From a virus (lineage: Duplodnaviria; Caudoviricetes): a stretch of DNA of 58,963 nucleotides. The translations under genes and the position numbers were made by a program. Of this stretch, positions 49,619 through 58,910 are shown piece by piece (within the stretch, counting starts at the first letter, position 1; each line of letters begins with the position of its first letter). The stretch covers positions 1 to 58,963 of the IMG/VR virus record IMGVR_UViG_3300025886_000023; one strand, written 5' to 3'. Below the pieces are notes generated by a model that had not been told where the DNA came from, did not search any database, and saw only the letters and a list, made by a program, of their open reading frames with translations.

Positions 49619-50478
49619 TGGTTAAGAAAGACTTTTATTTAAATGGTGCCCATTGTGGCACCATGTATCATGGCGAGTGTCTTAAGCTATTATCAGACAT
49701 CGGTGTTATTGAAAAACCAAATCCCAAAAAGACTGGAGAAACAAAAATGTTTCCCTTTTTTGAGAGGAACTCGGTTGAGGTAACAGTTACATCGCCACCA
49801 TATAATCTTTGTAAAAGATACTCTGATTATAAATTATCAAAAACCAGCACATCAATGACTGAGAAGTATGAGAAATGGTATGATGATGATCTTCCTGAGT
49901 GGGAATACCAAGGTCAGCAACAAGCAGTTATGTTTCAGCTAATGAGGGTATCACGAAGCTCTGTGTTTTATAATCACAAGGTAAGGTTCGCATGGCACGG
50001 TAGAAATATTTATCGTACTCCCAACAATCTTCACCATCCAATGCATTGGCTTGACAAATTTCCAATTTGGTGTGAAATTATTTGGGATCGTTGCGGAATC
50101 GGTAACCCTTCCAATCGCTACCACACACAGGAAGAAAGGATTTATCAAATACAGAAACCCAGAAAGTGGAACAACAAAGAGCTTAAGCTCACAAACATCT
50201 GGCGGTTTCCTCCTTCAAGAAACGAAGGGCATGTATGTACTTTCCCTGAGAAGCTTGTTGAGAATTGTATTTTGCCTACAACCGATGAGGGAGACATCGT
50301 ACTCGACCCATACATGGGCTCAGGCACAACCGCCATCGTTGCTCTGAAACACGGCAGAAGATTTATTGGCATTGAAAAGGATGAAGAATATTTCAACTTG
50401 TGCTGTATGAGGATACAGGAAACAATTAATTCTATTGAAAAAAGCTTGACAAACATAAACCAACATGATACATTATAG
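49618..50478 (+). CDS. DNA methyltransferase, beta class (N4-C/N6-A)
   Basis: TSPPY precedes H.C.FP and VLDPYMGSGTT. Confidence 0.9.
   Translation: MVKKDFYLNGAHCGTMYHGECLKLLSDIGVIEKPNPKKTGETKMFPFFERNSVEVTVTSPPYNLCKRYSDYKLSKTSTSMTEKYEKWYDDDLPEWEYQGQQQAVMFQLMRVSRSSVFYNHKVRFAWHGRNIYRTPNNLHHPMHWLDKFPIWCEIIWDRCGIGNPSNRYHTQEERIYQIQKPRKWNNKELKLTNIWRFPPSRNEGHVCTFPEKLVENCILPTTDEGDIVLDPYMGSGTTAIVALKHGRRFIGIEKDEEYFNLCCMRIQETINSIEKSLTNINQHDTL
50446..50474 (+). promoter_or_regulatory. sigma70-type promoter
   Basis: TTGACA-N17-TACATT with TG extension. Confidence 0.65.
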
Positions 50479-50496
50479 ATAACAAAAGGAGAAAAC

Positions 50497-53400
50497 ATGG
50501 AAAGAATACCATTTGTAGGATTACATGCACACTGTGGGGTTGGTTCCCCATTTGATGGCTTCGGCTATCCAAAAGACCACATGAACTATGCTCATAGCAA
50601 CGGAGCCAAAGCTCTTGCTCTCACAGACCACGGTAATATGAATGGATTAGTCTATCAGGTTATGCATGCGAAGAAGATGCAAGCCGAAGGTAAAGACTTC
50701 AAGCCAATCTTTGGTGTTGAGGCTTACTTCATTCCGTCTGTCGCTGAGTGGAAAGAGCAAATTGAAGTGTTCCGAAAAGATAAGAAGCTTGCCAAGCAGA
50801 TTGATAAAGAGCAGTCAGGTACCACGATTGAGAACGAGGGTGCCTCCAAGGGCATCACGAAGCACGACATTAATAAGCGGAGACACTTGGTTCTTTTGGC
50901 TCAAAGCCAAACAGGTCTTAACAATATTTTTAAAATGGTCTCGAAGAGTTACACTGGAGACAACTTCTATCGCTATCCTCGTATTGACTTGGCTCTCCTT
51001 GAAGAGTATGGTGAAGGTGTTATCGCTGCTTCGGCTTGCCTTGGTGGTGTCTATGCTGGATGCTATTGGGAGAACCGAGACGAAGGCCCTGAAGCCGTAC
51101 TCAATTGTATGCTGAAGGTTACAGAAGAGATGCAAGCTGTCCTTGGTGACCGTTGGTATGGCGAGCTTCAATGGAATAATATTCCAGAGCAACACGAATT
51201 AAATCAATACATAATTCAGGTTCACGAACGAACAGGGCTAAAACTGATCTCTACCTGTGATAGCCACTATCCTAGTCCGGAAGCTTGGCAATCTCGTGAA
51301 CTATATAAAAGGCTTGGATGGCTTGGACGAAAGCCCGAGTGGGCCTCGATGGAGCTTCCTTTAACGGTTGATGAAGTTGGATATGAATTATATCCTAAAA
51401 ACGGAAATCAAATGTGGGATTCATATAAGTTTTACTCGGAGGCATGTGGAGTAACTTATAATGACGACATCGTTTACCAATCAATCATCGAGACTGCTAC
51501 GATTGCTTTTGACCGAATTGAATCTTTCTTACCCGATACTACTGTTCGGTTGCCTGATTTCGTCGTCCCTGCTGGCACTGACGATACATCTTATCTTGGG
51601 CAGCTAGCCTTTGAGGGATTGCTCTCGGTCTTAGGATCAAAGGGCATTAAACAAAACTCACCACAATTCAAGGATTATAACAACAGACTCAACTCAGAGC
51701 TTGATGTTATCAATGCTCAAGGCTTCGCTAAGTATTTCTTAACGATGAAAGCAATTGTGGATAAGACAAGCGAAGTTCAGCTTGCAGGTCCCGGTCGTGG
51801 TTCGGCTGCTGGTTCTCTTGTGGCTTATGCTCTTGAGATAACCCAAGTTGATCCCATTGAGTATGGTCTCCTTTTCTCTCGTTTCTTGAGAACAGACCAG
51901 ACAGATATGCCTGACATTGATTATGATGTCTCTGACCCAATGGTTCTTAAAGAAAAGCTGATTGAGGATTGGGGTGATGATGTTGTTGTTCCTATCTCAA
52001 ACTGGAACACGCTCCAGCTAAAGTCCCTTATCAAAGACATCTCTCGTCTGTATGAGATACCATTCTCTGAGGTGAATCCTGTCACATCAAAGATGATTTA
52101 TGAAGCAACTCCATTAGCCAAAGCCCGTCATGGTATCAAGGCCGGAGTCTATACTCCAACTCTCAGCGAGGTTATGGAGTTCTCTGAATCTCTTCAGGGG
52201 TTCTTCCGTCAGTATCCAAAGATTGAGAAGCATTGCCGTGACCTAGCTGGTCAGGTGAAGTCTTGTTCTCGTCATGCCGGTGGTGTTGTGATTGGTGAGA
52301 AGCTCAGTCAATACATGCCGCTCATCGCATCCAAGGGTGTTCGACAAACTCCGTGGTCCGAAGGTCAGAATGTTCGTCAGCTTGAGCCTATGGGCTTCAT
52401 CAAGTTTGATATCCTTGGGCTCTCAACTCTGCGAATGATTGAAGACTGCATTGAGAAAATACTTCGTCGTCACCACGGTGTCGCCAACCCGACCTTCAGA
52501 GACATAAGAAAATTTTATAATGAGAAACTTCATCCCGATGTACTTAACTTAGATGACCAAGCGGTTTATGAGAATATCTTTCACGATAAGAAGTGGATTG
52601 GTATCTTTCAGTTCACAGAGAACGGAGCACAAACATTTGCTAGTCAAGTAAAACCTCGTTCAATAATAGACATTTCTGCTATAACATCTATATACAGACC
52701 CGGACCTCTTTCAGCAGGGGTTGATCGGGAGTATGTGGAAGCACATAACAATCCAGAATCTGTTCGTTATTTAAATAACACAGTGCGTGAGGTTACACAA
52801 GAAACCCATGGCTTTTTGATCTTTCAAGAACAAATAGCTCTTCTTGCTCACAAGCTGGGTCGTAATCTAACACTAGATGAAGGAAACCTTCTAAGGAAGG
52901 TATTGACCAAGAAAGGAACAGGTAAAGGCCATGAAGTTAAAGAGAAGATATATCAAAAGTTTATTGATGGTTGCTCGGACAAGGGACTCCCAATTTCTCA
53001 AGCAGATAATTTATGGCAAACCTTTGAGTATTTCTCAGGTTATGGCTTTAATAAATCACATGCGGTAAGTTATTCAATAATTTCCTATCAATGCGCATGG
53101 CTTTGTAATTATTACAATGTAGAGTGGGTAGCATCCTTTTTGGATAAAGAACCCGAAACTCGTAAGGAGAAGGCCATAAATTTGGCCAAACAACACGGAT
53201 ATACCATACAGCCTCTGAATGTAAACAAGTCTCACCGATCTTGGGAGATTCTTGATGAACAAACATTGGTTGCTCCGCTTACAACTATCAAAGGCATGGG
53301 TGACAAAGCAATTGATCAGATACTTGCGCATCGTCCGTTCAACACAGTTGAAGAGTTTCTCTTTAATGAGAATATTGTTTACTCAAAGCTCAATAAGAAA

Positions 53401-53937
53401 GCTCTTGATGCTCTCTGTCGTGCTGGAGCGATGGCTGACCTGATTGATGATCGATTCACGGGAGACAAACACTTCTGGACCGCCACCTGTGTTGACCGGC
53501 CTCGCAAGTTGAAGAACCTTGCTGAGAACATTGAAAAGTATCGTCCCGAAGGAAACTTCTCTGATGATGAGCGTATTGATTTCTTGGCAAATCTCACGGG
53601 AATATTCCCAATGAACTTGGTTCTTGATGAAAATATACAAAGAAAGCTTGAGCAACATTGTGTTCCGCCAATCTCTGAGTTTGATCCCGAGCTTGGACTA
53701 TGCTGGTGTATTGTCCGAGAAGTCACAAAGAAAAAAACAAAGAATGGAAAACTCTTCTATGTTGCGAATGTCATCGACAATAACTCAGTAGAGACAAAAG
53801 TTAGATGCTGGACCGTAAACCCAGATAGAGATATACTCTATGTGAATCGCCCTTACATGATCAAGCCTCAGTACAATGAAACATGGGGATTCTCAACACG
53901 AGGAGCCCTTAACCGTGCTTGGGTTTTATTAGGATAA
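50497..53937 (+). CDS. dnaE: DNA polymerase III alpha subunit (family C)
   Basis: PHP domain (LHAH, TDHG, DSHY), GPGRGSAAGSL, PDIDYD, RHAGGV, KFDILGL, YGFNKSHA. Confidence 0.96.
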   Translation: MERIPFVGLHAHCGVGSPFDGFGYPKDHMNYAHSNGAKALALTDHGNMNGLVYQVMHAKKMQAEGKDFKPIFGVEAYFIPSVAEWKEQIEVFRKDKKLAKQIDKEQSGTTIENEGASKGITKHDINKRRHLVLLAQSQTGLNNIFKMVSKSYTGDNFYRYPRIDLALLEEYGEGVIAASACLGGVYAGCYWENRDEGPEAVLNCMLKVTEEMQAVLGDRWYGELQWNNIPEQHELNQYIIQVHERTGLKLISTCDSHYPSPEAWQSRELYKRLGWLGRKPEWASMELPLTVDEVGYELYPKNGNQMWDSYKFYSEACGVTYNDDIVYQSIIETATIAFDRIESFLPDTTVRLPDFVVPAGTDDTSYLGQLAFEGLLSVLGSKGIKQNSPQFKDYNNRLNSELDVINAQGFAKYFLTMKAIVDKTSEVQLAGPGRGSAAGSLVAYALEITQVDPIEYGLLFSRFLRTDQTDMPDIDYDVSDPMVLKEKLIEDWGDDVVVPISNWNTLQLKSLIKDISRLYEIPFSEVNPVTSKMIYEATPLAKARHGIKAGVYTPTLSEVMEFSESLQGFFRQYPKIEKHCRDLAGQVKSCSRHAGGVVIGEKLSQYMPLIASKGVRQTPWSEGQNVRQLEPMGFIKFDILGLSTLRMIEDCIEKILRRHHGVANPTFRDIRKFYNEKLHPDVLNLDDQAVYENIFHDKKWIGIFQFTENGAQTFASQVKPRSIIDISAITSIYRPGPLSAGVDREYVEAHNNPESVRYLNNTVREVTQETHGFLIFQEQIALLAHKLGRNLTLDEGNLLRKVLTKKGTGKGHEVKEKIYQKFIDGCSDKGLPISQADNLWQTFEYFSGYGFNKSHAVSYSIISYQCAWLCNYYNVEWVASFLDKEPETRKEKAINLAKQHGYTIQPLNVNKSHRSWEILDEQTLVAPLTTIKGMGDKAIDQILAHRPFNTVEEFLFNENIVYSKLNKKALDALCRAGAMADLIDDRFTGDKHFWTATCVDRPRKLKNLAENIEKYRPEGNFSDDERIDFLANLTGIFPMNLVLDENIQRKLEQHCVPPISEFDPELGLCWCIVREVTKKKTKNGKLFYVANVIDNNSVETKVRCWTVNPDRDILYVNRPYMIKPQYNETWGFSTRGALNRAWVLLG

Positions 53938-53953
53938 AAACAACAGAATGGCC

Positions 53954-53981
53954 TTGACAAATGTTGAGGACATGTTATATT
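53954..53981 (+). promoter_or_regulatory. sigma70-type promoter
   Basis: TTGACA-N16-TATATT with TG extension. Confidence 0.75.
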
Positions 53982-54005
53982 ATTAATACAAAAAGGAGGT
54001 AGAGT

Positions 54006-55013
54006 ATGAGAAACAATGTCAAAACAGGACATAAGAGTCAGCAATCATATGCCAATACAAGAACCACTGGTAAAGAGCAATACTATACCAATGAAGATGT
54101 GGTGGACATTTGCTTGGAAGAGGTACAGAAACATATAAACCTTGACGGTAAAACAATCTTAGAGCCATGCGGTGGCACTGGTGAATTTATAGAAGGACTC
54201 AGGAGATTAGGAATACCAGACAACAAGATAATCTCTTATGACATTGAACCAATGCACCCAATGGTAAAGAGAGGCAGCTATTTAGAACAAGATTTTTCTA
54301 AAATGGGAGACCTTGTTTCTATTACTAACCCACCATTTGGTCGGATGAGCAAACTGGCCAAGAAGTTCTTTGCCCATGCCACAACACACTCAGAGTATAT
54401 TTGTTATTTGGTTCCACGCTCTTGGAGAAAGTGGACAACTCAGAACTCTCTCGATGCCAACTATCATCTAATTGCTGACATTGATATGCCTAAAAATTGT
54501 TTCTATTTACCAAACAATGAGACAACTAAGAAAGATGTTCTTAACACGGTCTTCCAAATCTGGCAAAGAAAAGACACAAAGAGAACAAAGATAGCAGTAC
54601 CAGACAATGGATTAATAAAGAAGATTATACCTAAACTCACACAGCAAGAAGTACATAGAAAGATAAAGGAGACTCTTTATAGAAAAGTCAATGGACAATT
54701 TGAAGAAGTAAAGATGGATACATATAACCAAGTGGTTGTTAGAAGGCCGGATTATATAACAGGTGCGAATTTTCAAATAGTCCAATTCGGCCATTCATGT
54801 GGTGCCTGTAAAGACATCACAGAACATAGGGTCCAAGCTAAAACAACCACAATGTATCTTTATATTGATAGGGATGATGTCAAGGCAGCACTTAGAACAA
54901 TAGACTTTTCTAAATATTACAATAATGTTTCTTATGTAAGTGCATTATCAATTCAAGAAATTAATTATGAACTGAACGAATGGTTCGGTTTACCCAACTT
55001 TAAATTTAATTAG
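54006..55013 (+). CDS. DNA adenine methyltransferase (orphan)
   Basis: EQYYT, LEPCGGTGEF, YDIEP, TNPPFG. Confidence 0.85.
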   Translation: MRNNVKTGHKSQQSYANTRTTGKEQYYTNEDVVDICLEEVQKHINLDGKTILEPCGGTGEFIEGLRRLGIPDNKIISYDIEPMHPMVKRGSYLEQDFSKMGDLVSITNPPFGRMSKLAKKFFAHATTHSEYICYLVPRSWRKWTTQNSLDANYHLIADIDMPKNCFYLPNNETTKKDVLNTVFQIWQRKDTKRTKIAVPDNGLIKKIIPKLTQQEVHRKIKETLYRKVNGQFEEVKMDTYNQVVVRRPDYITGANFQIVQFGHSCGACKDITEHRVQAKTTTMYLYIDRDDVKAALRTIDFSKYYNNVSYVSALSIQEINYELNEWFGLPNFKFN

Positions 55014-55021
55014 GAGATAAA

Positions 55022-55441
55022 ATGAAAGTTAAAATTAAAAAATTAGATGAACGAGCAACAATCCCAAGCTATGCCAAGCATGGAGATGCCGGTATGGATT
55101 TACGGGCCATCCGTTTCCAAAGAGATTCAGATGGAAATTATGTTTATTATACTGGCTTGGCCTTTGAAATTCCCGAAGGATATGTGGGCCTTTTATTCCC
55201 GCGATCCTCTATTTCAACGACTTCTCACTTCCTTCGTAATTCTGTTGGAGTTGTGGATTCTGGTTATAGAGGCGAGATTATGTTTAAATTTGGTTATGGT
55301 AGTAATATCAAATCTTATAGGGTTGGAGAACGAGTTGGGCAACTAATTATTATGCCTTATCCTTCTATTGAATTTGAAGAAGTAGAAGATCTATCTGATA
55401 CCGAAAGGGGTGAAGATGGATTTGGCTCAACAGGCCAATAA
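55022..55441 (+). CDS. dut: dUTPase (trimeric)
   Basis: AGMDL, PRSS, GVVDSGYRGE, GQL, RGEDGFGSTG. Confidence 0.95.
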   Translation: MKVKIKKLDERATIPSYAKHGDAGMDLRAIRFQRDSDGNYVYYTGLAFEIPEGYVGLLFPRSSISTTSHFLRNSVGVVDSGYRGEIMFKFGYGSNIKSYRVGERVGQLIIMPYPSIEFEEVEDLSDTERGEDGFGSTGQ

Positions 55442-55479
55442 CAACACAGTCAGCGTATTATAGCTGAAAGGAGAACGAA

Positions 55480-55785
55480 GTGAACAGAGAACAGCGAAGA
55501 GCTAAAGCTAAGCACGAGAAAAAGTTTGGAACTGAAGCAAATGAAGAAGCAGCCCAAAAGGTTGCTCTATTTGGTAAATTGCCCGACGAATGTCAGGCTT
55601 GCTTAGCCGCATTCGATAAGAAAGATAAAGAACAGGTGATGTCGTGGAGCGTTGTAGTTAGAAATGATATTGAGCAAGTACGCTTATATTGTCCCGATTG
55701 CTGGCAAAAAGCAAGGGAAGTTGTACAGGCATATGAAAAAGAGAATGGTTATGGATCAAGAAAAGAAAAAAAAGATAGTATTTGA
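55480..55785 (+). CDS. Hypothetical Zn-binding protein
   Basis: NREQRR start, two CxxC pairs. Confidence 0.6.
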   Translation: MNREQRRAKAKHEKKFGTEANEEAAQKVALFGKLPDECQACLAAFDKKDKEQVMSWSVVVRNDIEQVRLYCPDCWQKAREVVQAYEKENGYGSRKEKKDSI

Positions 55786-56074
55786 TGATACAGATGTAAG
55801 ACATGCTCAATTAAAAATACGCCTTCAACACGACAGTTTAACACAGGCGGGTTTTTTTAGAGCAATTATTACAGGTTATTTAGATAATAACAGTAATATT
55901 GTTAATTATCTTGCTAATTATAAGGAAGAGCACGGTATTCAAAATAAGAAAAAAAGAGCCCGTGTTGTAGAGGAGATTGAACAAGGAACGGACCTTCTGG
56001 AAAAATTTGGTATTAAAGATGATGAAGTAGAAAGCATTTTTGATATGATCGCAGAAGAATTTCCTGACCTTTAA
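55751..56074 (+). CDS. Hypothetical protein
   Basis: ORF overlapping the upstream gene. Confidence 0.55.
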   Translation: MDQEKKKKIVFDDTDVRHAQLKIRLQHDSLTQAGFFRAIITGYLDNNSNIVNYLANYKEEHGIQNKKKRARVVEEIEQGTDLLEKFGIKDDEVESIFDMIAEEFPDL

Positions 56075-56127
56075 TGTCTTTTTCTACTTTTAGATAGTAT
56101 TTATAGTAAACCTAGGAGATTTATATC

Positions 56128-56796
56128 ATGGCTAAGAAGAAACTTTTAAGCGAAGCCCAAGTTCGCAAATTTATGGGACTTGCAAATCTAGATGCGAATA
56201 TGTCTTCCAATTTCATCAGTGAAAACTGGGGTGAAAAGGAAGATGAATATAAAAGACACGATGTTGACGGCGTAGAAAAGAAAGCTGGTGACGAAGATGG
56301 TCATTATAAAGACTATGAAATGAACGAAGAAGAAGAAGAAGTTTCTATGGATGTAGAAGCAGAAATGGAAGAACCCGACGCCGAAGGGGGTGATGATGGT
56401 GTCGATGTTGAACTTGATGAAGATGAAGTTACTGCTGCTAAAGCTGCTTTAGATCAAGTGTCAGCCGTTCTTGCTAAATTGCTTGGCGATTCTGAAGGTG
56501 CCGCAGATGAAATGGAAATGGACGCAGAGATGCCTCCTATGGACATGGATGTTGAAGCTGAAGAAGAAATAGAGCTTGAAGAAAAGAAAGACAAAAACTG
56601 GGGCGGAAACAAAGGCGACTATAAACGACGCGATGTTGACGGCGTAGAAAAGAAGGTTGGCGACAAAGATGGTCATTATAAAGACTATGAAATGGATGAA
56701 GCCAAGATTGTTGCTGAAGTTACTCGTCGAGTAGCCAAGCGACTTAACGAAGCAGTTCGTGCTCAGAAAAAAGCTAATAAGCTTCTGGGTAAATAA
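56128..56796 (+). CDS. Very acidic late protein with internal duplication (candidate core/internal protein)
   Basis: Late-like motif at 56097; LLSE..VRKFMGLA leader; two copies of NWG...YKR.DVDGVEKK.GD.DGHYKDYEM.E. Confidence 0.65.
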   Translation: MAKKKLLSEAQVRKFMGLANLDANMSSNFISENWGEKEDEYKRHDVDGVEKKAGDEDGHYKDYEMNEEEEEVSMDVEAEMEEPDAEGGDDGVDVELDEDEVTAAKAALDQVSAVLAKLLGDSEGAADEMEMDAEMPPMDMDVEAEEEIELEEKKDKNWGGNKGDYKRRDVDGVEKKVGDKDGHYKDYEMDEAKIVAEVTRRVAKRLNEAVRAQKKANKLLGK

Positions 56797-56811
56797 ATCT
56801 TTAGAAATTAG

Positions 56812-56839
56812 TTGACAAAACACATAAGCGTGTTATAAT
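56812..56839 (+). promoter_or_regulatory. sigma70-type promoter
   Basis: TTGACA-N16-TATAAT with TG extension. Confidence 0.75.
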
Positions 56840-56841
56840 AT

Positions 56842-56869
56842 AAGGGTGGGATTTTTCCCACCCTTTTTT
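56842..56869 (+). terminator. Terminator hairpin
   Basis: AAGGGTGGGA-TTTT-TCCCACCCTT + T-tract. Confidence 0.75.
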
Positions 56870-56881
56870 ATTGGAGGAAAA

Positions 56882-57262
56882 ATGGAATTTATTCTTTATG
56901 GGCTATTTTTTATCACCGGCTGGCTTGTTCATTCAGTCGTTGCTTATGTTTTAAGCCTTGGATCTTCGATCTTACTTTTTCAAAGAACAATACAAGACTG
57001 TTTGTTGGTTGTGGCTAGAACATATGAAGGATATCTGATGGCTCAAGAATATAAGATGGAACACTTGCGCCTTGCTGGAAAGTCAGAGAAAGAATTAGAG
57101 ATTGAACGAAAGATGGATGCAACAACGATGGCCTCAGTTCAAGCCACACTAATAAGAAATATTCTCCACAATGTTCCATCTAAATTTGAAGGATTAGTGG
57201 GGTTCAACGACTGGGATTCAGCAATGGGTGAGGTCACACGAATAATAAAAGAAAGAAGATAG
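56882..57262 (+). CDS. Hypothetical membrane-anchored protein
   Basis: SD GGAGG; hydrophobic N-terminus. Confidence 0.6.
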   Translation: MEFILYGLFFITGWLVHSVVAYVLSLGSSILLFQRTIQDCLLVVARTYEGYLMAQEYKMEHLRLAGKSEKELEIERKMDATTMASVQATLIRNILHNVPSKFEGLVGFNDWDSAMGEVTRIIKERR

Positions 57263-57265
57263 GAC

Positions 57266-57294
57266 TTGACAACAGTCACTAAACATGTTATATT
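57266..57294 (+). promoter_or_regulatory. sigma70-type promoter
   Basis: TTGACA-N17-TATATT with TG extension. Confidence 0.75.
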
Positions 57295-57317
57295 AATAGT
57301 GTCATTAGGAGGAATTT

Positions 57318-57989
57318 ATGACTTTTGGAAAACGAAGAAATAAGATAACTGAAGAAGAAGACGAAGATACAACAGCAGAAGAACAAGAAGAATCATCACA
57401 AAAGCTTAAGATTAATCTTGGCCAACTGTTAGGCGGTGGGGGCGGAGGCAAAGATCCTCGCATCCTTGGTCTATTTGGGTCAGTCGAAGAAGAGAAAGCA
57501 GGTGAACTCTGTTATCATCTTATAACAATGTCTGAACCAGAGGAACCCGATGAGGGAGAAAAAGCAGAGAAACCAGAAGACATTAAATTTTATGTCTCAA
57601 CATATGGTGGATCAGCAGATGATATGTTCTCTATCTATGATGTCATGAACTTTGCTAAAAAGAGATGTGATATCCAAACCATAGGTCTTGGAAAGGTTAT
57701 GTCGGCTGGTGTTCTTCTGCTCGCAGCAGGAACAAAAGGAAAGCGAAAGATTGGTCGTAATTGTCGTGTTATGATCCACGCAGTATCGGCTGGTAACATG
57801 GGCTCACTCCATAATCTTGTCAATGAACTAGATGAGATACAGAACCTTCAAGAGTCCTACATTGATGCAATCGTTGAGAACTCTAGCTTTACAAAGAAGA
57901 CATTAAAGCGGCTCTTGGACCGTAAGGTAAATGTATATTTATCAGCAGAAGAAGCAATTGAACATGGAATTGCTGATGAACTGATCTAA
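57318..57989 (+). CDS. clpP: ClpP-like protease
   Basis: STYGGS, IYDVM, GKVMSAG (Ser), GTKGKR, RVMIH (His), YLSAEEAIEHGIAD. Confidence 0.88.
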   Translation: MTFGKRRNKITEEEDEDTTAEEQEESSQKLKINLGQLLGGGGGGKDPRILGLFGSVEEEKAGELCYHLITMSEPEEPDEGEKAEKPEDIKFYVSTYGGSADDMFSIYDVMNFAKKRCDIQTIGLGKVMSAGVLLLAAGTKGKRKIGRNCRVMIHAVSAGNMGSLHNLVNELDEIQNLQESYIDAIVENSSFTKKTLKRLLDRKVNVYLSAEEAIEHGIADELI

Positions 57990-58013
57990 TTATAGTAAAA
58001 AGAGGTATAAAAC

Positions 58014-58910
58014 ATGGACAAATTCTTCTATAATAAGTCATCGGCTTCCAATTTGGGTTGGTCCCCTGATTGGTTTGGTGCTTCTTCATTTGATGAAGAT
58101 TTGCTCCGTAAAGTACGCAAGTTCCAACGAGACCACCACTTAACTGCGGACGGTCTCGTTGGCCCTTCAACTCATAGACGCATCTGGACCGAGAGAGAAT
58201 CACTCTTAAAGGATTATTATCCCCCCACAATTGATTCCAATATAAGTGAATCATTTATTGTTGCCAATAACGACTTTCACGAAATTAATTGGCCTAAAGT
58301 GGTTCTTCCTTTCTCGGGTCAAGGACTAAAACTTACAAGAGGATTTAAGATTGTTAGACAAAAGCGAGAAGTAACGAGTTTTGTTTCTCATTGGGATGTC
58401 TGCCTTAATACTAGATCTTGCTACAATGTTCTTAAAAAACGAGGCATCTCTGTTCATTTTGGAATTGATAACGATGGAACAATTTATCAGTTTATGGACT
58501 GTAATCATATAGCATGGCATGCTGGTGGATCAAGGTGGAATAATAAATCAATTGGTGTCGAGATATCTAATGCTTATTATCCTAAATACCAAACATGGTA
58601 CAAGGCACACGGCTATGGCCCAAGACCTTCTTGGAGAGGCAAAAAAGTTCACAATGGAGTTTTAGAGCCCTTCTTGGGTTTCTACGATGTCCAGTTGGAA
58701 GCACTCAAAGCGTTAATGGAAGCTATACATAACATTTACGGTATTCCATATGTATGTCCCATTGGAACTGATGGCATGACAGCCACAGGTATTGATAGTA
58801 AAGCAGCCGCTGGCAACTTTAAGGGATTCGTATCTCACTATCATCTAACTAAGAGAAAGATTGATTGTGCCGGTTTGGACCTCAAAGCACTACTAAAGGA
58901 AATAAAATAA
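58014..58910 (+). CDS. Endolysin: peptidoglycan-binding domain + N-acetylmuramoyl-L-alanine amidase
   Basis: VRKFQRDHHLTADGLVGPST; SVHF.I..DG.IYQ, AWHAG, SIGVEI, SHY, KIDC; late motif at 57986. Confidence 0.88.
   Translation: MDKFFYNKSSASNLGWSPDWFGASSFDEDLLRKVRKFQRDHHLTADGLVGPSTHRRIWTERESLLKDYYPPTIDSNISESFIVANNDFHEINWPKVVLPFSGQGLKLTRGFKIVRQKREVTSFVSHWDVCLNTRSCYNVLKKRGISVHFGIDNDGTIYQFMDCNHIAWHAGGSRWNNKSIGVEISNAYYPKYQTWYKAHGYGPRPSWRGKKVHNGVLEPFLGFYDVQLEALKALMEAIHNIYGIPYVCPIGTDGMTATGIDSKAAAGNFKGFVSHYHLTKRKIDCAGLDLKALLKEIK

Noticed and set aside
35123-53937. Inteins or introns in recA, helicase, nrdJ, dnaE
   Set aside because: Normal lengths, contiguous motifs, no splicing or homing endonuclease signatures seen
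148-58520. All minus-strand ORFs and short alternate-frame + ORFs in the track
   Set aside because: Shadows of well-supported + strand genes; no SDs or recognisable motifs
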